Source of the DNA: the human T2T-CHM13v2.0 reference genome, Homo sapiens
Assembly: GCF_009914755.1 (NCBI RefSeq)
Contig: NC_060940.1
Strand: one strand, 5' to 3'
DNA length: 64,000 nucleotides
The notes beneath the pieces were generated by a model. The model made no database searches. It saw only the letters and a list, made by a program, of their open reading frames with translations, and was not told where the DNA came from. A program made the position numbers and the translations under genes. Of this stretch, positions 38,386 through 58,005 are shown one piece after another. The first letter of the stretch is position 1, and every line of letters begins with the position of its first letter.

Positions 38386-38696
38386 TTCCAAAACCACAAA
38401 ACACAAACAGAAATTTAGTAGACTGGAATCATTTCCAGAACAAAAGCAACAAAAGTGACATCATTTGACATGTGAAACTAGGCAGCTGAGGATTAGAAAA
38501 TGCTCCTCAAGGATTATCGACCTTTGTAAGGGAGGTAAAGCAGCCCACGTAAGATATCATGGCCATATCACGCTTATGTAATTCCCCCCTTGGCCCCTAC
38601 ATAAACGGGATGGATGTGAACAAACTTCAAGGAGAGAGAAATTTATGTCAAATTCATCACAAAATGACTGACTTATTCATTTTTATCTTGTTAACC

Positions 38697-38775
38697 TATT
38701 AAGTTGAACCACATGAATCTTTGTTTAGGTCAAAAATGGTCAAATATCAGCAATTTCGTATGATTTAAGCCAATA
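38697..38775. mobile_element. MADE2-like mariner MITE (~80 bp)
   Basis: tattaagttgaaccacatgaa ... ttcgtatgatttaagccaata imperfect inverted termini. Confidence 0.6.
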
Positions 38776-40651
38776 ATCCAAGGTTTCTGAGGTTCCTGAA
38801 ATGTTCTATTTCTTGACCTGTGTGATTATTAATTCACTGAACTATACACGACTTTGATTTGTGAACTTTTGTGTATTTGGTATATATCAATATAAGAGTT
38901 TCATATGAAATTATAATCAAAGCATCACCCCAGTTTATTTGGTCACTATTTGAAATAAAACATAAAAGGCCACTTACTATGTCTATTACGGGGCTCGAAC
39001 CACCCACTTTCTGTGCAGAACAGAACACTGGGAACCACCCCAAATTGAAATTTCACAACTCTTCTCCACTCCCCTGCAGATACTATCAGATATTCTCTGA
39101 TGAGAGAATTATCCACGTGCTCTTGGTTCCTCTTTATAATTACGGTGTTTGTAGTAAAAAAAGGCCATACCATCAAAAACATGGACACAGGCTTAAAAGA
39201 GGCCTCATCTTGGAACTGGAGTTATTTTGATTAGAGTGGGCTTTACACACCCCCACAAAGTGAAAATTACGAGTCAATCTATTCTGCCCAATCTGAACCC
39301 AAGCATGGGTGGCACACGACACAAATCGGAGAGGAATTCAGAACTGCCTCTTGGACTGAAAGATCTCCTTGACCTGGCCCTGACACTAAAGAAAACCCCA
39401 CATGTACCCAACCATGAGCCTGGCTTTCATCTCAACAAAATGTCTTAGTTCCAACCTGTTTATCAAATCATCTCTCCAGTTACCTGCAAACATGTGGGAA
39501 AAAAGAACCAACAATTTTGAATGGAAAGGACTTGGAAATGATATAGATTAGTGGGTGTTCCAAGGAGGTCTGTACTAGCCAAGTGGGCAGAATTCCATCA
39601 GAGATGTGAGGAAGGGGACTATAGGAAAGTGTCCAGAAAAAAAAAAAAAATCATTTTCCCTATTCAACTAAATGGTTTTGCTCAAGACTGGTCTGGTCTC
39701 AAACACCAGTTGCTGCCACTCATTTTAGTCACATACAACCCTAAAATAAAGTCAGAGATGGTCAACTCTCAGTGTAAACCAAGAAGGTTGGACATTCTAC
39801 TGCAATCGAACTGAAGGAACTTCTAATACTTCCTAGAAATGGGTGTTTTGTCCAAAATAATTCAATTTTTTAAAAACAAATATTAATTACAATCCATTAT
39901 TTCCCACTGAGCGAGAGATAACAACAAAGAATTCCTAAGGACTGAGTTTGTGCAGTGCTCAGTGGTAACTCTGTTTAAAACATCATGTCAGCTAGAAGTC
40001 TGTTTAAGCCAGACCTGCAATCTGTCAACACAGAAAGCTTTCTCTGCCAACTTTCTCTACATGGTTGGCACCAAGGGTTTCTGACAGCTTAATGATAACT
40101 ACTTTAGGGACAATGAGTTATTTAAGAAACTAGGCACATAAGGACAAGCTCAGGTGATTTTTGTATCATCTGGTCCACTCAGATAGGTATTTCCATGTAG
40201 ACTTAGTATAAAAAAAAAAACAAAAAACCTTTCAGACATTAACTTTAAGACTTCTCACAACCATCAAGTTCCAAATATATTGAGATCCCAAGACTCCAGA
40301 GGCATTCCTTAATTTGCTGAGAAACATCAGAATACCATGGAAGACTTGAAGCTAAGGTATTCTACCCTGAAATAATGGGAATCAACTCAGGGAGTGGAGA
40401 TTACAAGGACAAGGCTAAATGGGGAGTAAAGATTACGGACCATAAGAACTGCCCCCTGACCCATACACACACAATTTATAGCAGGTAAAACCAACTGAAA
40501 GGAACAAAGTAATGACTTTCTTGAACAAACTGATTACGAAAGTGAAAGGCTACAGGGTGATTACTAATCTAGCTGCTGCGCCAGGCAGGAGATGAGGAAC
40601 AAGAATCCAGGAGAAGGGGTAAGAATCAAAGGCTGCGGCTCTGGCACTTAC

Positions 40652-40805
40652 CCGCTCCTTGTAGTAGAAGGAGCTGATGGAGACCTGCTCTTTCTCGCTG
40701 CGAGTGGGGCTCCCACTGTATAAACGAAGGTTCCCAGGGGCCTCTGTGCGGATCTTCATGGGCGCGATCAAGCCAGTGTGATAAGCAGACAAGGCTGAGA
40801 GAGAT
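40652..40805 (-). CDS. WDR59: WDR59 coding exon (~18), SLSALSAYHTG...SISSFYYKER
   Basis: 154 nt, phase 2-0, cag|A...CGG|gtaagt. Confidence 0.96.
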
Positions 40806-41009
40806 CTGTAGTTGAAAATGATAATTATCCACACTGGCTGCAGTCCTGTCATATTTCCAAGTGGTGCTATTCTTAGCACTTGATACCAAGAGGAGAAGAC
40901 AAAATGAGAAGATGGAAACTCCAGAAAAAGAAGTCAATAAAACTTTTAACACTGAAAAATGCTTTATCTGCACAAGCATAGAATGCTTCTATGATTACAG
41001 ACATAAAAA

Positions 41010-43675
<2,666 letters not shown>

Positions 43676-43971
43676 AGGACTGTCAGTGGGAAAACATTCT
43701 AATAGGAACATTTTCCCCTCCAATCCAAAGTCCAGATACAGTTATTCCTTCTTTCCCTTTGAGAATACAGGACTGTTTTCTACTCCAATAAGGAATCGGG
43801 TGTAATGTAGGTGTTCCCTAGTACTGAACCCCAGTTCCCATGGGGCCCAGGTCACATCTCCCAGGTTACTGCAGAGATTGGCCACCTCTTGGCAAAACAG
43901 CAGTGTCTGCTCACACAGTTCTCTCATCCAGTTCTCTCTCTTTCTTGTTAGCTCAGCTATTCATTCATAAC

Positions 43972-44341
43972 TGATATGGTTAGGCTTTGTGTCCCCACCC
44001 AAATCTCATCTTGAATTGTAATCTCCACAATCCCCACATGTCAAGGGAGGGACACAGTGGGAGGTGACTGGATCATGGGGGCGGCGTCCCCCATGCTGTT
44101 CTCATGATAGTGAGTGAGTTCTCATGAGATTTGATGGTTTCATAAGATCTGACAGTTTCTCCTTCACATACACACTCTCTTTCGCCTGCCGCCATGTAAG
44201 AAGTGCCTCTTCTCCTTCCAACACGATTTTAAGTTTCCTGAGGCCTCTCCAGCCATGTGGAATTGTGAGTCAACTAACCTCTTTTCTTTATAAATTACCC
44301 AGTCTTGGGCAATTCTTGCAGTGTGAGAACGGACTAATACA
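43972..44341 (+). mobile_element. THE1-type MaLR solo LTR
   Basis: TGATATGGTT...CCCCACCCAAATCTCATCTTGAATTG ... GAACGGACTAATACA; paralogous to 762-1127. Confidence 0.85.
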
Positions 44342-44851
44342 ATGTCTATGCTGATTACACTGTATCCAGCGCCTTCAGGGGTTTGTAGCAGGGAGGTTTG
44401 CAACTTATTATATCTTGGTCACCAGACTGCGGAACCAGAAGTCTACTGTATAATCCTAAAGCTTTAAAAACCAGTAATCAAAACAGGAAACACGGAGCAC
44501 TTCCAATGTACCAGGTGGTGTTTTAAACATTTTTAGAGGGACTTAATCTTCCCAGCAACTGCAGGTGGTAAGTGCTATGATGATCCCCATGTTACTGTTG
44601 AAGGAACTGAAGCTGAAGTTTAGATAACTTGCCCAAGGTCATAAAATGACAGGGCCAAAATTTGGATCTGGGCACGTTGGCTCTGAAGTCTATATTCCTA
44701 TCTGCTACAATAGATTGCCTATAAAGAAAAACTTTTTTTAATGCACAGAAAAATAATGACTAGACAGAAACATGTTCTGTTGTTAAACATGATTCTCCCT
44801 GAAACAGGGAAAATGAAAAGAAGGGCTTTTGCGTTGTAATTTAAAACTTCC

Positions 44852-45171
<320 letters not shown>

Positions 45172-45623
45172 TCACAATGTACTACTTATGGAATGTTTTA
45201 AAATTACATATTGTTTGGTAATATTAGAAGTGGCATATTAGTGCTGTGAAACTACAGATGGTCTTTTGTTATTTTTCCAGTTTTATTTAATGTTAGTTAA
45301 ATTGAATAATAAAATAATTAAAAACAAATAATAAATAATATGCTAGCAATAGGGGAAAGGCACATTTAAAAAGAATTTGCCTTGTTTTGACAATAGCTTT
45401 TATCAAGCTACCTCTTCTAATGGTTTGGTAATAACCATACAGCAGAAATCACAGCTTTTTTGCAATTTAATTGACTTCAATCTTTCTCAAATAAATCTTA
45501 TAATGGGAGTTTACTGAAGAACTGAAATGCACTGTCCAAAAGCAAACTCAGTGGTCCTTCCCAGGTCTCTGGCCACTTCTGGCCCCGGGAACGTAGAGCG
45601 GCTTCTGCATCTCCCTGACTCAC

Positions 45624-45693
45624 CTCGGAGTAGGCTCTGTGGGAGACACCGCCCGATGCATTGTCATGGGCCTTGTGAAATATACCAGGTAAC
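45624..45693 (-). CDS. WDR59: WDR59 coding exon (~17), (G)YLVYFTRPMTMHRAVSPTEPTP(R)
   Basis: 70 nt, phase 1-2, tag|GT...AG|gtgagt. Confidence 0.95.
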
Positions 45694-46216
45694 CTAAAGG
45701 AGGAGACATCACATGAGCCATCAGTGTCAACAAGCTGGCCGTGGGAAATCCTGAGGCAGGACTGGCCAGTCTTTCTTCTATCTCTGTACACCTGAGGGTA
45801 AGACACATTTTCATAAGCTGCAAGACTCCTGACTGCAGTCACCCTTACCAGGAACAAAGGTCAGTGCTCCAGGGTCCAGGAGAGAGGATGTATGTGGACT
45901 GGGCAGAGTCATCAGCGGGACTCTAAGCCTCCCTACCAGGCGAATGCCCCCTGCTAAGAATCAGGGCTCTGAGTAAAGACTCAAATCCAAGCTCATCAGA
46001 ATGAAGAAAGTTAAGACCCCCATTCTGGTGCACACTCTTAGGATAAGTCCACAGACACCGACTGGGCCTCAGACCCTACCACGCTACCATGAAAGTCTCG
46101 TTTGAGTTCTCGGGAGTAAAAGCAAACATTTTCTGATGAAGATGTTTATACAGAATCTATGACATTCTTAGCTGCTCCCTCTCGAAATCTAGAATCAAAG
46201 AACCAAAGAGACCCAC

Positions 46217-46373
46217 CTGCTCCGCAGAACCTGGCCCCAGAAGTCCTAGGAAAGGGAATGTTGGCGTCCTGGTACGACCCGTAAGCCGTGGTCACCCGCG
46301 CAAACGTCGGTAAGGGGGGAGTGACAGAGTTGGGGAGTGCAAACGGGTTGCTGGAAGCGCTGTCTTCCTGGTT
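46217..46373 (-). CDS. WDR59: WDR59 coding exon (~16), NQEDSASSNPF...NIPFPRTSGARFCGA
   Basis: 157 nt, phase 0-1, cag|AAC...GCA G|gtgggt. Confidence 0.96.
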
Positions 46374-46537
46374 CTGAAATTTAAAAATCCACAAGCTAAA
46401 AACCACAACCTGTCTTAAAGCTGAACTACAAAATAAAGACCCAGTATGACAAAACCAGAAAACCCATGATTTTAGGGAGAAAGAAATGAAACAAAACACC
46501 AAAGCCTAAGTTGGTATGACAGTTTCATGCTTCCCAC

Positions 46538-46633
46538 CACAAAGGACTCAAGGCAGGAGACGAGCTGGCGCAGGCAGGGCTCCAGGCAGCTCTGGCCACG
46601 CTTCACTTTCTGCAGGGCTGTGTCCTTCAGGAT
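46538..46633 (-). CDS. WDR59: WDR59 coding exon (~15), ILKDTALQKVKRGQSCLEPCLRQLVSCLESFV
   Basis: 96 nt, phase 0-0, tag|ATC...GTG|gtggga. Confidence 0.94.
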
Positions 46634-46637
46634 CTAG

Positions 46638-46985
<348 letters not shown>

Positions 46986-47404
46986 TGATTGGCTTTTCTT
47001 CTGCAAAGTGGTCAGACACAAGGGTGATGCTGGGAGCCAGGTGCATGGTTAAGTCAAGCCTTCCAACACAGTGTAATAATCTAATTTCTACCTCTACCGA
47101 GGTTAAAACAGGATTCACTCCTGAGCCCTCCTAGAGAAGCTCTTTCCTTAATCAAGGCAGCACACGTGGATTTTGAGAGGGCAGCTTTCAGTAACAGAAG
47201 GACTATTACTTCTTTCTAGTGAACTCTGCCCTTTTCCTCACCCCCAACACCACTTGCTCCATGAGAAACGTCAGTACCTTAGAAGTAATACTCACTGGCC
47301 TGGATTGAAATTGCTCTCAGTGACAAGAGGAATGGATTTCACTTCAGTGAAAATTATAATGTATATTTTTTGTCCTTCAAAAGTATAAATCCTAACACTT
47401 TAAA

Positions 47405-47918
<514 letters not shown>

Positions 47919-48504
47919 AATCGTATCATTTTATACTAACAGAAAAATCTATCTTTTTTGTATGTCCAAACTAGGCAACGGCATATTCAGATTCCAAGTT
48001 TAACATGTCAAATACCACAAGATCTGAGTTACTGGCATTTCAGAGATCCTTAAGCCACTTGAAAATTTCCTGGTTCCATGTGATACCCCCAACAAGGTGG
48101 AACAATCAAGTGTCCACGACCCAAACTGGACAAAAAATGAGCAACATTCAGCTTGGCCTGAGTTTGTCAGAATACTTCAGTCCCTTCACTTGTGACACTG
48201 CTCAGACTGAACCGGTATGAAGAGGCTCATGGGGCTTTGTCATGGAGATTCCACCTGATTTGCTCTGGATGAACTGATGCATTAAATCTCTGAATCTGCA
48301 GAATTAAACACAGATGCCAGGCTGTGGTGCCTCCACCTGGACACCTACTGTGCAGCTAGCCAGCCTGTCTCTAGGATAACACCAGCTCCTTCTATGGGAT
48401 AAAATTTTTTTTATGACCTTACATATGTTTTTTTCTAATTATAAAATATCTTTTAGCTTCAGAATACATCTTGCTTGTTGTTTTCAGGTAAATGAAATTG
48501 GACT

Positions 48505-48740
48505 GCAGGGCTCCTAACCTGGGCTGCTAAATGAAATTGGATTGCAAATCTCCTAACCGGAGATGAATGCATAGTATTAATGAGATCTGTGGGCAGATTC
48601 TATGCAATTCACATATTTACAGGCAATATTTCTCAAATCATATGCAATCATTGTGCAGATTTTTCTGAGGAAGGGTCCATAATTTTCATTAGAATTCAAA
48701 GGAAGTCTATGACCCAAAAAAGGTTAAGAACCACTGCTCT
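48505..48740. mobile_element. hAT-Charlie/MER-type DNA transposon remnant
   Basis: terminal tgacccaaaaaaggttaagaaccactg. Confidence 0.45.
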
Positions 48741-48914
48741 GATGTTTTCTGCACAAAGTAAATGGCAAGTTCAGAGGTTACGTTGCTAATACTAGTGTGT
48801 GTACGAAACAGATGACTTCCGAATCTCATCTACTGGAGTTTTCATTCTTCTTTACTAATCCATCTAGACAATGATGCAGAACAGCAAGGAGAATTTGGGA
48901 ACCCAGACCCCCAC

Positions 48915-49079
48915 CTTCAGCAGCTTAGCTTTCATGGTGGATGTGATGGTTGTGGGGTTAATAAACTGGAAGGAAGGGGCGGCGTTGTTTGGGTACTGTG
49001 CAGGGAACTTCACCAGCATCTTGACACGATGGTTGCTGCAGTGCACAGACACTGTGCAGCTCCTGTCTGCCGCATCCAT
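48915..49079 (-). CDS. WDR59: WDR59 coding exon (~14), RWD domain, MDAADRSCTV...FPAQYPNNAAPSF...KAKLLK
   Basis: 165 nt, phase 0-0; FPxxYPxxxP RWD motif. Confidence 0.96.
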
Positions 49080-49296
49080 CTGCAAGAGACAAATCCACAA
49101 TTGCTGTAGAAACAAACCATAAAGCGTCTTTCGATGCAAGCACATTTAACTGAACGCTCCATGTTCCTGGTAATTGAATGAAGGGAAAGAGTCTACAAAG
49201 ACAAATGTGTGTGGAAGACAATTCATTTTCAAAAAGATTCTTAAATTTTCATACCAGATTCTTAAAATTTTCAAACCAATGGAATAAGCTCAAAGT

Positions 49297-49972
49297 TGCC
49301 GAGACCAGCTCGGTCGGGGTGACCCTAAACCAGCAGTGCCAGAAGAATTAAAGACACACACACAGAAATATAGAGGTGTGGAGTGGGAAATCAGGGGTCT
49401 CACAGCCTTCAGAGCTGAGAGCCTTGAACAAAGATTTACCCATGTATTTATCCACAGCAAGCCAGTGATAAGCATTGTTTCTATAGATTATAGATTAACT
49501 AAAAGTATTCCTTATGGGAAACAAAGGGATGGGCTGAAATAAAGGGATGGGCTGTGGCTAGCTATCTGCAGCAGGAGTATGTCTTTAAGGCACAGATTGC
49601 TTATGCTATTGTTTGTGGTTTAAGAACGTGTTTAAGCGGTTTTCCGCCCTGGGTGGGCCAGGTGTTCCTTGCCCTCATTCCGGTAAACCCACAGCCTTCC
49701 AGCGTGGGCATCACCGCCATCATGAACATGTCACAGTGCTGCAGAGACTTTATGGCCAGTTTTGGGGCCAGTTTATGGCTAGATTTTGGGGGGGGGGGGC
49801 CTGTTCCCAACATGTCCCCCTTCTTTGATTTGCAAAGTGATAAAAGCAAAGGCAGCTTTGTCACGGTGAGCTACTTCTTGCAGGAGTCAAGATCCACATC
49901 TGCAGACTATACAAAGACAAACAACACAGAGGGTCAGTTTATGGCCAGATTTCAGGGGGCCTGTTCCCAACA
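49297..49972 (-). mobile_element. Internally deleted HERV-K9 (HML-3) provirus: 5' LTR stub, 3' internal tail and full MER9 LTR
   Basis: TGTTGGGAACAGGCCCCC occurs twice, PPT AGAAGGGGGACA, end GAGCTGGTCTCGGCA, 6-bp TSD CAAAGT. Confidence 0.88.
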
Positions 49973-49983
49973 CAAAGTATTCT

Positions 49984-50298
49984 TTTTTTTTTTTTTTGAG
50001 ACAGGGTCTCACTTTGTCACCCAGGCTGGAGTGCAGTGTGGCACAATCTCAGCTCACTGCAACCTCCACCTTCTGGGTTCAAGTGATTCTCCCACCTCAA
50101 CCTCCCAAATACCGGGACTACAGGCCACCATGCCCAGCAAATCTTTGTTTTGTTGTTGTTGTTGTTGTTTTGCTTTTTGTGTTTTGGTAGAGATGGGGTT
50201 TCGCCATGTTGGCCAGGCTGGTCTCAAACTCCTGACCTCCAGTGATCCACCCACCTTGGCCTCCTAAAGTGCTGGGATTACAGGCATGAGCCACCACG
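49984..50298 (-). mobile_element. Alu with (TTG)n in the linker
   Basis: TSD aag(c/t)tcaaagtattct. Confidence 0.9.
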
Positions 50299-50449
50299 AA
50301 GTTCAAAGTATTCTGACTTTAACAAAGCTTCCTCCCTCCCAAAGCTGTGGGGTAGACTGAAACTTGTTATATTTACTTTGAGATGGGAAAATAAAGCAGG
50401 AAGAAGTTAAATACCAGACTCAACTTAAAAAGTGCTCCTGGGAAAATCC

Positions 50450-50990
<541 letters not shown>

Positions 50991-51308
50991 CTCTCGAAGA
51001 AAGGAATCAAGATCTTAAACTAGATCACTAGGTATCCACACTGTCCTCAAATGGGACAAAGGGAGTATAAACTGACTTGATATAGATCACTAATTAAGCA
51101 AAGAATCCTTTATATCTTTTCATTTCTTGTGTTGCCAACTAGAGACAGCAGCTGGAGTAAAGAGAAAAGAACCACATGTGGCAAATCTGGAGACCTGGAT
51201 TCACATGTTGTTTCTTCCACCAAATAGCTGCTGACCTTGGACATTTCTTCTCTTGATGTCTCCGTTTCCTCAGCTGTAAAGTGAGGCTAAAACCACTTAC
51301 AGCAGACT

Positions 51309-52436
<1,128 letters not shown>

Positions 52437-52582
52437 AGAAAACCCAGGAAATAAAAAAGCAAGCAGAGAGAGTTCTGTTAAAGCTGCAAAGCTATTTGCT
52501 AACTGAAATCATTGCTGAAATGGTTCCCTCTCCCACAAACTGCCATCAGCAAACATGAGATACAGTTGATTAAACTAAGTAC

Positions 52583-52707
52583 CTCCACATTGACATTCCG
52601 GATTTGCACATTGATCAGGGAGAATTCCTGCTGCAAGGTCTGAGGCAGCCCCAGTTGATCTGATTTCCTCTCTTCCAGGAGATTTCTAGGGGGATCTTCT
52701 TTTAGGG
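52583..52707 (-). CDS. WDR59: WDR59 coding exon (~13), (A)LKEDPPRNLLEERKSDQLGLPQTLQQEFSLINVQIRNVNVE, start of RWD
   Basis: 125 nt, phase 1-0, tag|CC...GAG|gtactt. Confidence 0.95.
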
Positions 52708-52839
52708 CTAGCAGGAGAGAGAAGTTCAATGTTGGAAAGCATTTTTGAAAATGAAACAGAGAACAGGTCTGGGGTATCTGCCACAACTCTGCAATGCGTA
52801 GAGTGGCACCTTACCTGAGACATCAGTTTGACAAATTAC

Positions 52840-52972
52840 CTTCTTCCTCCCCATGGCTTGCAGTGTGCTGGTGATCTGTATCTTCAGTGTGCAGGGTCTT
52901 CTCAGGTTCCGGCAGAAGGGAAATACTCTCAATGAACTCATCAACACCATCTAATATGTCATTTGCACAAAG
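52840..52972 (-). CDS. WDR59: WDR59 coding exon (~12), LCANDILDGVDEFIESISLLPEPEKTLHTEDTDHQHTASHGEEE
   Basis: 133 nt, phase 0-1, cag|CTT...GAA G|gtaatt. Confidence 0.94.
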
Positions 52973-53256
52973 CTGCAACAAAGGGTAGAAGATGTAGTTC
53001 TAGAGAAGTCCGTGGAAATGATTGTCATGTCTGATTAAAGAGTTCTGACTTAAAAATGGGAAGGGCAAAGGATGGGGATGTGTCAGCCAAGAGCTGACAT
53101 CATCAAAATAGATTTTACCCATTGCCAACTCTCCCTGGTTAAACACCAGGGATAACAGACTCTATTATTCAACACTGGAAATTTTTTCATCATGTTCAGA
53201 GTTTATGCAAGCCTCAGAAAAAAAATTAATTTAAACTCCAAGCTTTGATGGAGTTA

Positions 53257-54589
<1,333 letters not shown>

Positions 54590-54644
54590 TTACACTTTTT
54601 GGTGGATTCAGGTACATTTCTCCACAATAGCACTGCATACATAC

Positions 54645-54724
54645 CCTCTGCATCTGGGAATCCACCCGCCACATTCTCAAGGTCTGATCCCGGGACCACG
54701 TCACCAGTTGATAGTCCTTGGACC
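54645..54724 (-). CDS. WDR59: WDR59 coding exon (~11), (G)SKDYQLVTWSRDQTLRMWRVDSQMQR
   Basis: 80 nt, phase 1-0, ag|GG...AGG|gtatgt. Confidence 0.95.
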
Positions 54725-54799
54725 CTAGAAATCACCAAATAAGAATCCTGGAAATTCTTCTGGATTCAACGTCTATTTGCTAGAGGTTGAAATGGAGTG

Positions 54800-55080
54800 A
54801 GATTCATCCATCCATTCAACAAACATCTACTGAACATTTCTCATATGCCAGGCACTATTCTAGGTACCAGGACTACAGCATGAATAAAATAATTTCTATC
54901 TTTATAGATCTCGCATTCCAGTGGTAGAAAGAGACAAATATCTGATAAAACATCTGGTATAAAGAATAACACAGGATAAGAGGACAGAGACTGATGGTGG
55001 AACTATTTTTAGATAGAACTCCCCAAGGAAATCACATTTGAGCAGAAACTTAAATGATGTGAAATACTAACTGGCAAATT
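54800..55080 (-). mobile_element. L2 3' end
   Basis: ttcatccatccattcaacaaacatctactgaaca...tgccaggcactattctagg. Confidence 0.7.
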
Positions 55081-56038
55081 AGCAGGTAAAGAGCGATGCT
55101 GGGATTTAATGTCACACTAAACTTTCACCTCTGCAAATGTTCGTCCTTTTACATGCTCTCGAAGAGCTGGAGATGAACATATTTTTGCAAAACGGGTTAT
55201 TTCAAATGCATCATGGCATCTTACCATTCAAAAGAATTTTTTGGTAAAGTGATGTATCTCTTTGTAAAATGAATAATCAATCCTTAATGTACTTAATTGA
55301 CTGAATCATATTTTCATCTTAACTCTGGTCAAAGGGAAATTATCCTGAAAAGGTTCAGGGTGCTTTATGAAATAACTTCATGAAAGATCAGGACATTTGC
55401 GGATAATTATGCAGTATCTAGAATCTCCTTCATGGCCACCTTCAGAGAGCAAAGATTTTAGAAATAATTTCATCCAATTTCTTAATTTTATGGATGGGGA
55501 AACTGAGGCAAGAGAATATGATCTGTCCAAGGTCACAGGGTGAGTGGGCAGGAAAACAAGGGCCAGTTCTTATTGGTTCCTTCTCTGCATCACCACCTTC
55601 AACCAAAAATTCACTCTTCAATATTTCATACATCACTAGGCACAGCCAGCCAGACAGCAACTATTCTGAACCACGGCTTGTTACAAGTGCCACCATCTTG
55701 CCTCATGTCCACATCAACAATCTTCTGACCCTACATCTGGCTTCTCTTCCTGCCCCTGACTTTGACGAAAAGGTATGCCTAATTCCTTTCTAAATGTTAT
55801 AAATTAACTCAACCCCTCGACCTGTGCCTCCCCTGCTGGTCCCAAGGGGCCCTTTGCTTCCCCGACTCCCTTGTATCTTCTCCCTGCCTTCCAACAGAGA
55901 GGGCAGCAGCCTCTCCCAACTGGCTAATTCTACGCCTTGCCTTTGAGGGTTACTTCATTCACTAAAACCGGTTCCTGCTGCCCCTGTTCATGCCACCCTA
56001 TGATCTGGCTTCTCTCCTCAATTTGCTCTTGGAACACC

Positions 56039-56359
56039 TTTTTTTTTTTAATTTTTTGTATTTTGAGATAGGGTCTCACTTTGTCACTCAAGCTGGAGTG
56101 CAGTGATGCAATCTGAGCTCACTGCAACAACCTGCACCTCCTGGTTCAGGAAATTCTCCTGCCTCAGCCTCCAGGGTGGCTGAGATTACAGGCACGTGCC
56201 ACCACACCTGGCTAATTTTTTTTTTTTTTAATATATTTTGGTAGAGATGGGGTTTCATCATGTTGGCCAGGCTGGTCTCAAACTCCTGGCCTCAAGTGAT
56301 CAACCTGCCTTGGCCTCCCAAAGTGCTGGGATTACAGGCGTGAGCCACCGCACCTGGCC
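56039..56359 (-). mobile_element. Alu
   Basis: Alu consensus. Confidence 0.9.
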
Positions 56360-56421
56360 TGGAACTCCTTTCTTAATGATTATATGGCTTCCTATTTGGT
56401 CAGTTAAATGCTTTTCTCTTA

Positions 56422-56805
<384 letters not shown>

Positions 56806-56871
56806 TTGATGTCGAAGACATGGCAGTAAAAGTAAACTGGAACAACCTTCAGCTGAGAAAGAAGTAAAATA

Positions 56872-57486
<615 letters not shown>

Positions 57487-57799
57487 CATAAAAACACATG
57501 CATAATAATTAAATTTGCAAAAGGTTCAGAAACAGGCAAACCTAAACTACTTTTAGGGATTCAAAAATAGGCAGTGAAACCACAAAGGAAAAATCCAGCA
57601 ATGGCTATCGTAAGCATTAGAGGAGTCACTACTCTCAGGGAAGGGAGGGGATGGTGACCAGGTAGCTTCGGGGCTCTTGGCATCGTTTTCTTTCTTGACC
57701 TGCATGGCAATTACACAGATTTTCACTTTATAATTATTTGTTACACTATACATGTTCCATATAATTTTCAAATACATGATATATTTCACAGTAAAAAAA

Positions 57800-58005
57800 A
57801 ATTTTTTTTTATTTAAACTTTCATTTTAGCTTCAGGGGTTCATGTGCAGGTTTGTTACAAAGGCAAACTCCTGTCATGGGGGTTTGTTGTACAGATTATT
57901 TCATCACCCAGGTACTAAGCCTAGTACCCAATGGTTATTTTTTTCTGATCCTCTCCCCCTCCCACCCTCCGTCCTCAAGTAGGCCCCAGTCTTTATTATT
58001 CCCCT
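57800..58005 (-). mobile_element. L1PA/L1PB 3' end fragment
   Basis: catgtgcaggtttgttac...acagattatttcatcacccaggtactaagcctagtaccc. Confidence 0.8.

Noticed and set aside
38985-39040. tRNA-like B-box GGTTCGAGCCC on the minus strand
   Set aside because: No A-box, cloverleaf or acceptor stem could be built
40450-40651. Exon ~18 read-through (33 extra aa, stop at 40550) as a truncated isoform, or an intronic snoRNA
   Set aside because: Only a TATAAA variant nearby, no canonical poly(A) signal, and no convincing C/D or H/ACA box set
49554-50267. 237-aa + strand ORF, the longest in the track
   Set aside because: Runs across an antisense MER9 LTR into an antisense Alu, starts at GTG, and resembles no protein family
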